Shown here in pieces: positions 1 to 11,900 of a stretch of 64,000 nucleotides of DNA. A program made the position numbers and the translations under genes. The notes beneath the pieces were generated by a model. The model made no database searches. It was not told the origin of the DNA and saw only the letters and a list, made by a program, of their open reading frames with translations. This DNA comes from Antedon mediterranea. Its lineage: Eukaryota; Animalia; Echinodermata. The stretch is taken from the NCBI RefSeq assembly GCF_964355755.1, contig NC_092671.1, positions 17,112,001 to 17,176,000 of the forward strand, given 5' to 3'. Within the stretch, counting starts at the first letter, position 1. Each line of letters starts with the position of its first letter.

Positions 1-201
1 AGTTATTCACTTCTTTAAAAAAATGATTTTGCTTATAAAAGGACAAAATAAAATTTAACCAAAATCACATTTATTTTCGGTTGACCAATACACTTTTTGG
101 TGAAAGTGAATAACTATTATTACATTAAATTACATACATTAAAATGGCCTATTCAACAAAAACATTTTTACAAAATTATTTTTCAGTGGGACAATATATC
201 T
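1..201. mobile_element. Right part of the same TTAA-flanked MITE family
   Basis: AAAGTGAATAAC.ATTAT..ACATTAAAATGGC.TATTCA...GGGACAATATATCT|TTAA shared with 14298-14616. Confidence 0.7.
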
Positions 202-2549
202 TTAAGATGTGGGTTATACATTTACATATTTACAAAATTGCACTCTTTAATATTATTTACAAAAATTATGATGGGGACCACGAGACAAAAATAATTTGAT
301 GGAAATTGTTTCTAGAATAATAAAACATTTAAAAATCAATATTTTAAAATAATGATAAATTATTAAATGTACATAAGCACCAATTGTTTTATTCAGTCAA
401 TAATAAACATGTGAGAAAAATTCCCATTATTTTATAAATGTTATTTCTAGTAATTCTATTATTTTTGTTCAATTTGAAAATGTTCCAAGAGAATCTAAAA
501 AATCTAATTGTCTTATGTTATATATATCATAATTACTTATAACACTTATACGCATATTATCAGCTTGTATGGCGCAATTGTCTGGACTTCAGGTTGTAAA
601 GCTGAAGTGCTAGGTTTGAATCCCATAAAATCTTGTGGTTTTTTTTTATAGTTGAGACAGATTATTTAGAGGTTTAGGTTAAATATATTTAGGAAGTAGG
701 TCGGTTATTTATGATTTTTGCCTGAGATGTCAAGGAACACAAATTTTGTGACCAGCCTTGGGTTAATATGTGAATTTTTGTATGAGAGGTATCACATCCC
801 CAAACTTGCGTCTGTGTGTATGTTGAGAATAATGCATCATGGGTCACAGCTAATTTAGGTCGTGATCTACAAACGTTGCAGAATGAGCATTTAGTTTCAA
901 TTCAAGAGTGATAAAAACACCATTGTTTTATAGTCCGATGAACAACAACATGACCTCATAATAAAGAGGTCTGATAAATATTTAAATCCTTGACTATAAA
1001 ATATGTATGACCACTTAGTCTTTGCCTTTTAGTGCAAGTTAATAAGTATAAATATTGCAAAACTTACATACAAAAATGACATAAAAACAATTTTTGTTTG
1101 CATTATTAAAAGCAGTAACATATGATATATCATCTATTTTGCACAGTAAAAGAAAATTGTGTAAAAAAGCAAGTTAAAATTATCTTTAAAATAATACTTG
1201 TTTTTAATACAATATTCAATTATTGAAAGATTGAATACAATTTATACTAAATCAATTATTCAGAATTTTAGTTAAATATTTTTTATTTGAAAAAAAAATT
1301 GTAATCATTTAGATATGATGTCTTTAATAATTGTAACTGTTCAATTTTTAAAGAGGTGGTTTTTTAATTGAAATACAAACCTTTTAAATGTTAAAAAACA
1401 CCCCTTGAAAATAATAGAACTGCCTCTCTTTATCTCACGAATGTCCCTGCATTGATACACACACATTTATTTGATGGGCGTTTAAAAAAATTTAACCAGA
1501 AAATACAATTATATATGTATAAACTATATACAAACAAAGTGTGCTAGTAATGTAATGTCTATTTCATAATCAATATAAAATTGCTTTTTTTTTTCAAATA
1601 TTACAAATACAATTTACAATGATGGCAAACCACAAGCATTTAAACATAAAAATATATGAAAGTTTTGTTATACAGTATTAGTAAATATTGAAAAATATAC
1701 ATATTTTTTTACAGTGATGCAAATCTTGCAATATTAGACCAAGGATGTCTGCATTTTATTTTAACATTTATAATTTATAATAATGAATTACACATACAAA
1801 AATACCCTAAATAAATAATATAGCATTGATAGAAAAAACAAATGGCAAATTGTGAGCATTACACAGGTCTTCTATTTGTTCAATTCAACCTACTGTATAT
1901 TGTTAAAAAGTATATTGTAAATTTTACTAAAATAAAACAACATTTTGATGGAAAATAATAATAATAATAATAATCATACATCTTCTCAATGTGTTTGTTC
2001 TTTAATTTATAATTGCATAATAAAAGAGATATATAAAGAATTTGTTTACAAATGCAATTTTAATATTATACTAGTTCAATTGTCATTAGAAATCACAAAA
2101 TAAAATAAAATTTTGAATCCGGCTTGTATGCTACTGTAAGCTTATGATATGTGCATATGCGATTATAAGCCCATTATGGGGTATAATCCTACCCCTGATA
2201 TTTTCATGCGTGCCACATAAGGTCACAAGGTGTTATATGTGTGTACATGTCATATACACACGCTAACCATGTGTTTACATGGTTTTAGAGAGTAAGCATA
2301 TGCCTCTTCATTGTGCCAATGTGATGATATTTCAGCTTTCTATTACCGATGAGAAGTAACTTAAATGCTGCAATATCATTAAAAAAAACTTTCAGCCAAT
2401 TTTTGAAAGAACAAATAAATTGTACATGGATGTCAGCAAAATGTTATATCGATTAAACTAATGCAATCAAAGACTACTGAAGTCTTGTCGACTACTCGTA
2501 ACTTAAGACTTCTGAAATCTTATCAAATTCATTCTGCCACTGAAGACTT

Positions 2550-2978
2550 CTAAAGTTCTGTGCCATTTTCTGAATCATACTGCCCTGAATCATCTTCTCT
2601 AGACTTTGTAGATGTCATTGGTCTCCCTAATTCCACTCTTTCAGACGGATGCGGAAGTAGTGTAACATTGGTGGGGTTTTTACTGCATTGTTTTTCTGGT
2701 ATTGGCTCTTTATTGTCCTGACTTGCTAAGATGCCACTACCAATACTGGTCTCTAAGAGTCCATCCTGTCTTTGTACATGGATAATATCTTCATATCTTT
2801 GGTTTCCACTTTGTTCAATTTTAACAGTCAACACTTTAGGAGGAGTTTGCAGATGATTTGTTCCAATTGCGTCAGGACTATTTGGTGACGCAGGTAACGG
2901 TGAGATAACATGAAGAAGTCTTAAAATGGATTTTAAATCCTGACTCAAGTTTGTCACGTCTTGACTCAGACTAAAAAC
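2550..2978 (-). CDS. KCNH8: Elk terminal coding exon (coiled coil [22 protein letters not shown] ... ENGTEL*)
   Basis: TTTTAG acceptor, phase 0, 429 nt to TAG; ORF 2550..2957. Confidence 0.87.
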   Translation of the reverse strand, partial: VFSLSQDVTNLSQDLKSILRLLHVISPLPASPNSPDAIGTNHLQTPPKVLTVKIEQSGNQRYEDIIHVQRQDGLLETSIGSGILASQDNKEPIPEKQCSKNPTNVTLLPHPSERVELGRPMTSTKSREDDSGQYDSENGTEL

Positions 2979-5900
2979 CTAAAATTAGAAAAAAAATATA
3001 TAGTACAACATTATCCCTTGAATTTAATTTAATTATATTAAATTGAATCACTTAACTATGAAAAAAGGACACATTTCAATTATCAGTTTTTAACTACAAA
3101 TGTGATGTGATAATTTATGAATTTATATTTTATAATTTATTTTTCACACCTGATTGTATTCTTGCAATTTGATTGGTTAATAAGTATCACATGGCATTTA
3201 AAATTAGCCCTACTTAACGAAAAAGTGATATCTAATGCATGTTCAGCTTTCTGTAAACATTTTGAGATTTTTTGCGACTCAACATTGATTGGTCGTGTTG
3301 GTAAATCATCATGCTGTTCGCACCATCTATAACTGTTCTACTCCATGTCTAAAGTTGGAGTACTGCCTTTTATGCCTACCTTTCCAGACTAGCATTTTGT
3401 CAATGATTTACGATGGATAAATTGAATAAAGTAGGTATGTTCAACAAATAATGAATGTTTTTTATTCGTTGAACGGAGAGAATATTTCACTGGTTGAAAA
3501 AATGACTTGGCTCTGCAAAAATAGAGCAGTCAATTTTTCAACACATAAAATATTCTCACCATCCAATTCATAAACATGAATTATTTGTATATTAACGCAC
3601 ATAAACACAGGATAAAGATTTAATTATAAAACAATGAGGCAGGATTATTTAAATATAATTGAATATAAAATATAAAAAGCCTTTCTTCAATCTTTCAAAC
3701 CCATTATTATTTTAATTCTTTTATCTATGTATTAAAGAACCAGTCAATTGTCTATTCATTGTACACAACAGTTCCATACCTGTTTATCCAGCCTCTCTAC
3801 ACTATTCCGTGTGGATTCAATTTCATGCCGGAGTTCTTCTGTATTCATTGATTCAGTTGAACACGACCTGTGAACTGCAAGTTGGGGTGATACAAAACTC
3901 ATTTGCATATCATTATCATAATGTTCAAGGAGTCCCTTAGGATTCTCAGGATGAGAAGAGCTTCGTCGACGCGGATATACAGAATCATGAAATTCAAAAG
4001 ACTGGCATTTGTACTGTTTTTCATCTTCAATTCCATCAACCACTCTGAAAATAAGAAAATATTCATATATGTATTTTGATGTTAAATTTGTTTTTTATGA
4101 CCTATAGCAGTGATTTCAACCATTTTTATACATATTTGTAAATTAACATAATTTAGAATTTTTGCTGCTATATGATTTGATCTTTTTGTTTATGAATAAA
4201 TACCAATGAATAACAAATATGGTTTTAACAATTTTAGTAATTTAGTAAGGGAAATTTATGATATAACTTTATGATTCTATCTTCATTTCAAAACACCATT
4301 TCAATAAAAAATAGTAGTAATAGTGTACTAATAATCAGTTATTGATTGTAACATTAAACAATTCAAATTGTCATCACTATAGTACTTAAAAAATACAAAT
4401 ACTTTAGGGAATATAAAAGAACTCCAATAATTTTTTGCTTCAATGTTTCAAATTATGTTCAAAAACATAGGCAGCACACAAAATAGAAGTAACTATACTG
4501 TCAAATCTGAAAGTCCATTGCACTTTTGAGGACCAAAATGTATGACTCATTTTAGTATTATCTACAAAATATACTAAAACCTCCAAAGATGACTGATAAA
4601 GATAAAGATAGCACCCTCTATGGTTTGATAGTGCGGCTCTGTTGTTTGGCTATGCATTCATAAATTCTCCAGATTTTTTTAAATTTTTTTTTCCATAAAG
4701 ATTTCAAAAGACAACAAATAATCATAATCATATAATTAATAATGAAAATGATAATAAAATAAATAAACTCCAGATATTTTAATTTTGTAAGTTATGATAT
4801 CTGAACACAATCTCACCTTGGACTTAATTCCGGGGGAAGGCCACTGGAATTACATGTGTTTACTTCCAAATGAACCCCTTTCTCCTTGAAGCTGGTTTCT
4901 TTCGTGTCATTGTTATTCGTTCTTGTAGGTATTGTTCCACGTGTCTCATCATCTTCATTTATTGACGGCAACCTACTCCGTGCAACATTCTTCTCTAAAT
5001 TCCCGAATGATATTTTATCACTCTGTCAAAAAATGAAATAATATATAAAGAATATTAATATAATACAGGATTATCAATAAATTTAATTAAGTGCTGCAAT
5101 ATTATATCTTGTTATACTACATATATCATTTCACTTGTAAAGGCAGCTTTTCAAGTTATACTACGACTGTATCGTCAAGATATTCTCAAATTTAATCAAT
5201 TCATGTTTCTAAACACATGGTGTACTACAAAGCTGATTTTACTAGTGTTTATTCGTCATGCAAACCTTTAAACAATATTAATAATTCATAAACATAGCTT
5301 AAAGCATGAAGTATTCTTACCTCATAGTCTGCCCCTTCTCTGAGGTTAAAGGTTAAATCTCTTGCAATTTCTTCTTTAAATTTTCCTAAGTATTCTGGGT
5401 AATTCTGCAACACTTCAATTAAACTCTGCCTATACATTTGAAATAATAACACATCATATTATCAACTATGGAACCCGTTTATGCAACATTTCAATTATAT
5501 GAATTTTTTGACGAAATACGTGAATGAAATGCATCGATATGAATTAAATGTTTTGAATTGAATCCTTTGAATTGAATGTTTTGAATGAAATGTTTTGAAT
5601 AAAATGTTTTGAATGAAATGTTTTGAAGGAAATGTTTTGAATGAAATGTTTTGAATGAAATGTTTTGAATGAAATGTTGAATGAAATGTTGAATGAAATG
5701 TTTTGAATGAAATGTTGAATGAAAAATTTTGAATTGAATGTTTTGAATTGAATGTTTTGAATAAAATGTTTTGAATAAAATGTTTTGAATGAAATGTTTT
5801 GAATGAAATGTTTTGAATGAAATGTTTTGAATGAAATGTTTTGAATGAAATGTTTTGAACAAAATGTTTTGAATGAAATGTTTTAAATGAAATGTTTTGA

Positions 5901-8900
5901 ATGAAATGTTTTGAATGAAATGTTTGTATTGAATTGAAAAGTCAAACCATTGGCGGCGTATGTCATTTCTTAACCTCTTAGGCCAAGCCTGGGTACCCTC
6001 TCATCTCCTTTCCACGCTGCCTTTACAGAGAATCTTAACAGACCTGGGTTTGGAAATATGTATTCCACTGTTTCAGGTCTGTTAGGATTCTTTGTGAAGG
6101 ATCCATAATCAACAGTTATTTTCAGAACTAAACATGTGGTGCACTGCAAACTTTATATCAACATATAAATTTTTGTCATGCAAACCTTCAAACAACATAT
6201 TCTTCATTCGAATACATTATTACAACATTAGATTATAAGTTTATTATTGTTAACAGATCAAACCATGGAAGGATTTCATCATACTAGTAAGTATGTTTGT
6301 ATTAGAACGATGGAGAGACAAAACCTTATTGTATGCATTTCTGCAAACGACACCCAGGAATTGATGATGATAGAACATATGATATGATAAGTACCATATG
6401 ATTATCAAAATTACCTTTTATTCAAGTGATATTATATGATCTATTTATAATTATAATTTACTGGAGATAAATAAACACTTCAAAGCCACATGAAACACTA
6501 AAGATTGATTGAATAAAATAATCATAAATGTTGATTTAGAGTTGAAATTAGTAGACATGTATGTTTACTCCCCGTTTGCAACAAATATTGTTATAATTAT
6601 TTGCCTCATTGAGCATAAAAATCATCAGGAGACATATTTTTAATGCAGTTAGCTATTCCTAATTTTAAATAAAAAATTTAAAAAAAAATTTGTTTAGATA
6701 CAATTTAAATTTATATATCTAAAGCTCTGTTTACTTTATCAAACTATGTGACAGAAAATGTTATGTGCCCATATATGGACATGATGATGGCATATCACTA
6801 CCATATTTGGGCATATCACTACCGTATTTGGGCACATCACACTTTTCTGTCACAGAAAGTAGTGTAGTGTTCTTACTCACTGAAATAAAAGTGCTCAGCA
6901 TAATTAGATACACACATTTATCAGACCATAAAAAGGGATAAATAAATAAAAAATGTCTTAATATTTTATGTTACCTTGATATTGATTGAATGTCACAATA
7001 TGTTAGTGCATGAACGTCACCATTTGATTGGATGATTGAGTCTGTGTCATAAAGGTCACAGCCAAACAGGTCTCCTTTACCTTTGATAAACAAATTTAAA
7101 ACTCATTTTATTCAACTCAAATATTCCTAATAAATACTATAATAATTATCAAGGCATAGATTATATTGTATACAATAATTAACAACATAAACATTTTAAA
7201 ATCAATCAATATTATATTATTCATTTAATTAGATGTATTTATTAAGATTAATACATAATTAAATGTATTAAGAATTATGTATAGTATAATTTAATAGTAT
7301 TAGTTGCCATTGAAGAATTTTTTTTACTTAATTTTTTTCTTTGATTTATCAACATAATACAGGCAAAAATGAGTTCTTCTCAATTCAGCAAATTTATTTA
7401 AAAATTAGATTAAAAAATGTATTTATTTTTTTTATTATAAATAAATCAAATAATTATTTCATTCATAAGAAAATCAGCACAGTTTTATATGATCAGAACC
7501 AGAGAATTGAACCCAGGGTCATGAAATTACTAGGCAAGAATCTTAATCACGAAGCTATAGGTGTCACTAACTGTTTTATAGTAATCCTACAGATTCTAAA
7601 AGCATAACACTTTGCTATTGCTTACAACTGGGTCATTATGTAAATATCTTATCTGTAATCATTGTAATGAAGGAAAATTCGCTGAAATCAAACTAAACGT
7701 CAGAAAAAAGTACATAGACAATCAACATATTCAGTTTATGCATTGTAATATTAAGCAACCAAATAATATAATTCTAACATCATAGTGTAGTTATAAATCA
7801 AAGACATTTTTAAATTGCTTTAAAAAAACTCTAATAGTTACTTTACTTATACTGACGATGACTAGTAAAAATTCTGCTAAATTCTACACAACCATGCCAT
7901 TTGATTGGTTAATTTCATATCATGTGCTGTCCAGTATTAGTTCTACTGAACTGAAAAGTGAATATTTATACATTTTATATTTAAGGGTTCTATTAAAATG
8001 ATTTTATATAAAACCTAAATGAATTCCTGTCATTTGATTAGACGATTGTGGGTCACATGGCATGCAATAGTGTGCACTATTTAACAGTCGTTAAATAGTA
8101 CTTTTTTCCCTTTTTTTTGTAAAAAAAAAATTTTTTTCGCGTAGGGAAAATAGTTTTGTTAACACCATTACTTTAGAAATCGAACAGCACCTCCTATCTT
8201 GAAACTATTGCACAGTCACCTTTTTGTAAAAATCCTGAGAATTTTGGGAGAAATGAGGCTAAGGATTGCTGGGCATCTTTGCTGTGTATGTAACAGCTCT
8301 AATGTGGCAAAAATCAGAGTGCTGCCTTTTTGAATGACCTAGCATGCCATCAAGCCTTTAACATTGATTGAAGATGGAAACAGCGGATTAATTTTTAAAA
8401 ATAAGTACGTTTAACTAAAAATAATGAATGTTTTATATTTGTTAAATGAGGAGAATATTTGTATTCGTGGAAATTCTGGCTCCACCTTGTTAAACATTTC
8501 AACTCCATTTTCTCCATAATCAACTCATAATCAACACATATTCTCACATAGCTGCCTTCATAATCAGGGAAGAGAAGAAACACTCTTCCATGGTCACTAA
8601 TTACCTAGAATTGCGGCAACCATTCCTGATCTTAACACCTCAAGGGATCCATTTAGAACAAAGTATATCATATTCAATGCGTCTCCTTTGTGAATAAGAT
8701 ATTCTCCTGGAGCAGAGAATGCACTTTTAACCCGTAAAGACAATGACCTGTAAAGTAAAGTAAAGGTGAGCTAAGTATTAGCAATTTATACTATCATTAG
8801 AATATTGAAAAGAGAATAAGCAACATATTGACAAAATTACAGGAAAAAAATTATGGGGAATATAAAAATACATATATAAAACCATTTTAAATTGCACCTT

Positions 8901-11900
8901 ATCAACAAATTTCAAGGCGCATTGCAGATAACTAAAACTAAATGTTATTGTTAAGCAATGTTATTAATAAAAAAGTGTGATTTTAGGGAGTTTTTTTTAG
9001 GCCAGCTGCTACATGGTTCAGGACTGAACCCTGTGGAAGCGGGTTGTCGGAAGAAGAAAGGGTCTGGTATTATCAATAGAAGATTGGAGCAGGTGGTGTC
9101 TTGGTATTTTATTTTCTAAATTTGTATTTTTTGAAGGTTTAAATGCATTTTAAGTGGAGTAGTTTGATCTGTTGTGTAATGTCTCCTGTTGAAGTGTGTA
9201 GAAACAATGTTCAATGCCATTGGCGGGTCTAAAATGGTGGAGGAGGGAGACACTTACAGTACTTGGTATGGGACTCTGTAAAGTTTGGCAAATACTGAGT
9301 ATATACCCCAGGTAATTCACAGTATTTTTCACTAATCAATTCATTCAACTAGATATCAAACCTGGTTTAAACAAATCCAAGGTTCATGAAGTGTTTTCAA
9401 TTTAATATTACACTAATATTGTACTACTCAGAATAATTCATCATTTAGGTATATTTATTCATAAAAAGACATCAAAATACAACGGCAGCCAAAAGGCTGA
9501 AAAGTAGTATTTTACAAAATTTGATAAAAATATATAAATACATTATGTATAAAAGGTAAAACTAGTTTAAAAAAAAAAAAATAATAATAATTTACCACAT
9601 TAAAATTGGTCCACCTGTAAGTTAAAATAGTGCCAGCCTATTCAATATTCATCATTAATGAGTCGGACTAAAAAAGGGACTGGTGAAGATCTAAATCTTT
9701 CTGTACGACCAAACGGGATTTTGAGTAGAGGCTTACTCGCAGACCTCAGGGTTCTGCTAATGTCAAGAACAGGTGGAAGAATGCTTCTAAGTGTATCGGA
9801 CTTTATTATTCCTTTACCAAATTCATTTATATGTCTGTTATTTCAATTATAATATTGATACAAAATATAGATTGCATTGTTATTATATTTTAAGGCAAGA
9901 ATGAAGATAAATTATCTAAAGACCTTGCCTCTATAAACAATTAACTAAATTGATTGTTTCCGAAATACATCTACAGAATCTACGTCACATGTTTCTAATT
10001 TAAATATTTCTTTCCAGAAGTAAAAATGGCCTAAAGGTTGGCATATTCATTCATAGGTTTCTAATGAATACATTTATTTCTCATCTCTCTCCATTTTGAC
10101 CTTTGACATTATACTCAGTGTATGAAGTATCAAAGTCATTAGCTTTGGTAATCTAAACAATCTTAATCACATAAAAATTGGACATTCGCTGAATGAGAAT
10201 AAAATATGGTAAAATGAATGGAACACTCATTCAAGTCGCTTTAATAAATATCATTTTAGTTTAAATTGTCGCTTTAAAAATGTTGATATATTCTTAATGG
10301 TGAACGATAAAAGCAAAATAAATAATCAAACTGTTAAATGTAAATCAAATTTGTCTATTTGTAACATGGCCTGTTTTAATTATATAAAGCATGATGGTTG
10401 TGAAGCGTGGTTCTCTCTAGAACGCAACGTAAGGCAGAAACATAACGATGCAAAGTGCCGTATTACATAATCACAAGTGGGAACCGACTACGCAACAGTG
10501 AAACAAACATCGCAGCAGGAAATCAAATCAGTTTGATTTCATGCAACAAAATGCAAGGCAAGAACACTGGAAAACAGCACATAGCCAAGTACGTGGGATG
10601 AACTAGGTTGGTTAAAGTCTACAGCAACTAATTTTAACTCGTAACTAAGCAGGTTTGATTTCATGCAGGCAATGGCAAAAACAATTATTGGAAGGGCATT
10701 GCTTATGCTGCGTATGTTGCGTTACGTTGAGTCGCTAGTGGGAACCACGTTTAAGTGATGGAAATTGCATCAACAAAAATGGATGAAACAAAATATTTTA
10801 ATAATTGATAAAAAGTCCTTATTTTGTATAATTTTAAGAACATTAAATATAAAGAGTGCTGTACCTTCTGCAGCCTTGACTTGCTTCTTGAAATATTGGA
10901 AGAGAGAGAATTTCTCTGTTAAGATGCATTGAGATGTCTGCACGCAGCTCCTCTGGAAACATTTGTAACATCTGCAAAAATAATCAATCAATAAGACTTG
11001 TATAGCGCCGGTATCCATAAAGTAATGTTCAGAAAGTTAAAGCGAAAATGCTTTTTGACATGTATTTTTATAAGATAAGACATTTTCTAAAGTCTTTATG
11101 TATATTGGTATTAAATGTATTACATATTATATAGGTTTTTTTACTACAATTTGTTGTTTTCAATGGTAACAAATAATTTGGCACCTTTTGAACCTTAAGG
11201 AAAGTATAGTTTTCGGGTAGTTTTAGCTTTCAAGTGTGGTATTTATAAGCCCTGTCTACACTATCAAACTATATGCGAGAAAAAAAACTGATGATATGGA
11301 CATGAGGATGTCATATCACTACCATATTTGAGCATATCACTACCATATTTGGGCACATCACACTTTGTTGTCAAAACTAGTTTGATAGTGTAGACAGAGC
11401 GTTAGTTATCTTTACCTCAATTGTGTCGATACCCATGTTAACTGACCACGATGTTTGAAAGTAATCCTGCATCCTATTCTTCAAGTCCAAAGGAATATTA
11501 TGAGATTGGATAAAATCTTTTAAATCTTTGCACTTGGAGTGATACAGTGCTCGTCTTGCATACATACGCTGGATCAGGGCTGTCACATTACCAAAAACAG
11601 CTGCATGGCTAAGCGCTGTAACAAACAAAAACAGCTTGAAATACTTGTATCTATATATAAATTTACGTAAGGGCAAAATTCGGTAAATCGCGCGTTATTT
11701 CTAGAATGTTTACTCGATGGTATATAAAGTTGGTTCGTACTTTCGGTACTGATTTTAACCACCAGATGTAACCCTGTTTACTAATTAAATTGAGTTCGAT
11801 AATTAGTTATTGACGATTAAAACGAATTTAGGTTCAACGATTTGCCCCAAATAGGGGTGTTTTTCGATCGTGGTATACACTGTCTAATGGATGTCCGTCT

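Noticed and set aside
560-626. tRNA gene (TGGCGCAATTG ... GGTTTGAATCCC)
   Set aside because: Only degenerate A/B boxes and no convincing cloverleaf; more likely an old SINE head
5491-5862. 123-aa repetitive ORF
   Set aside because: Translation of the 14-bp minisatellite in an intron
10770-11018. 82-aa ORF from the track
   Set aside because: Wrong frame; the real exon (10865-10971) reads [12 protein letters not shown] in another frame
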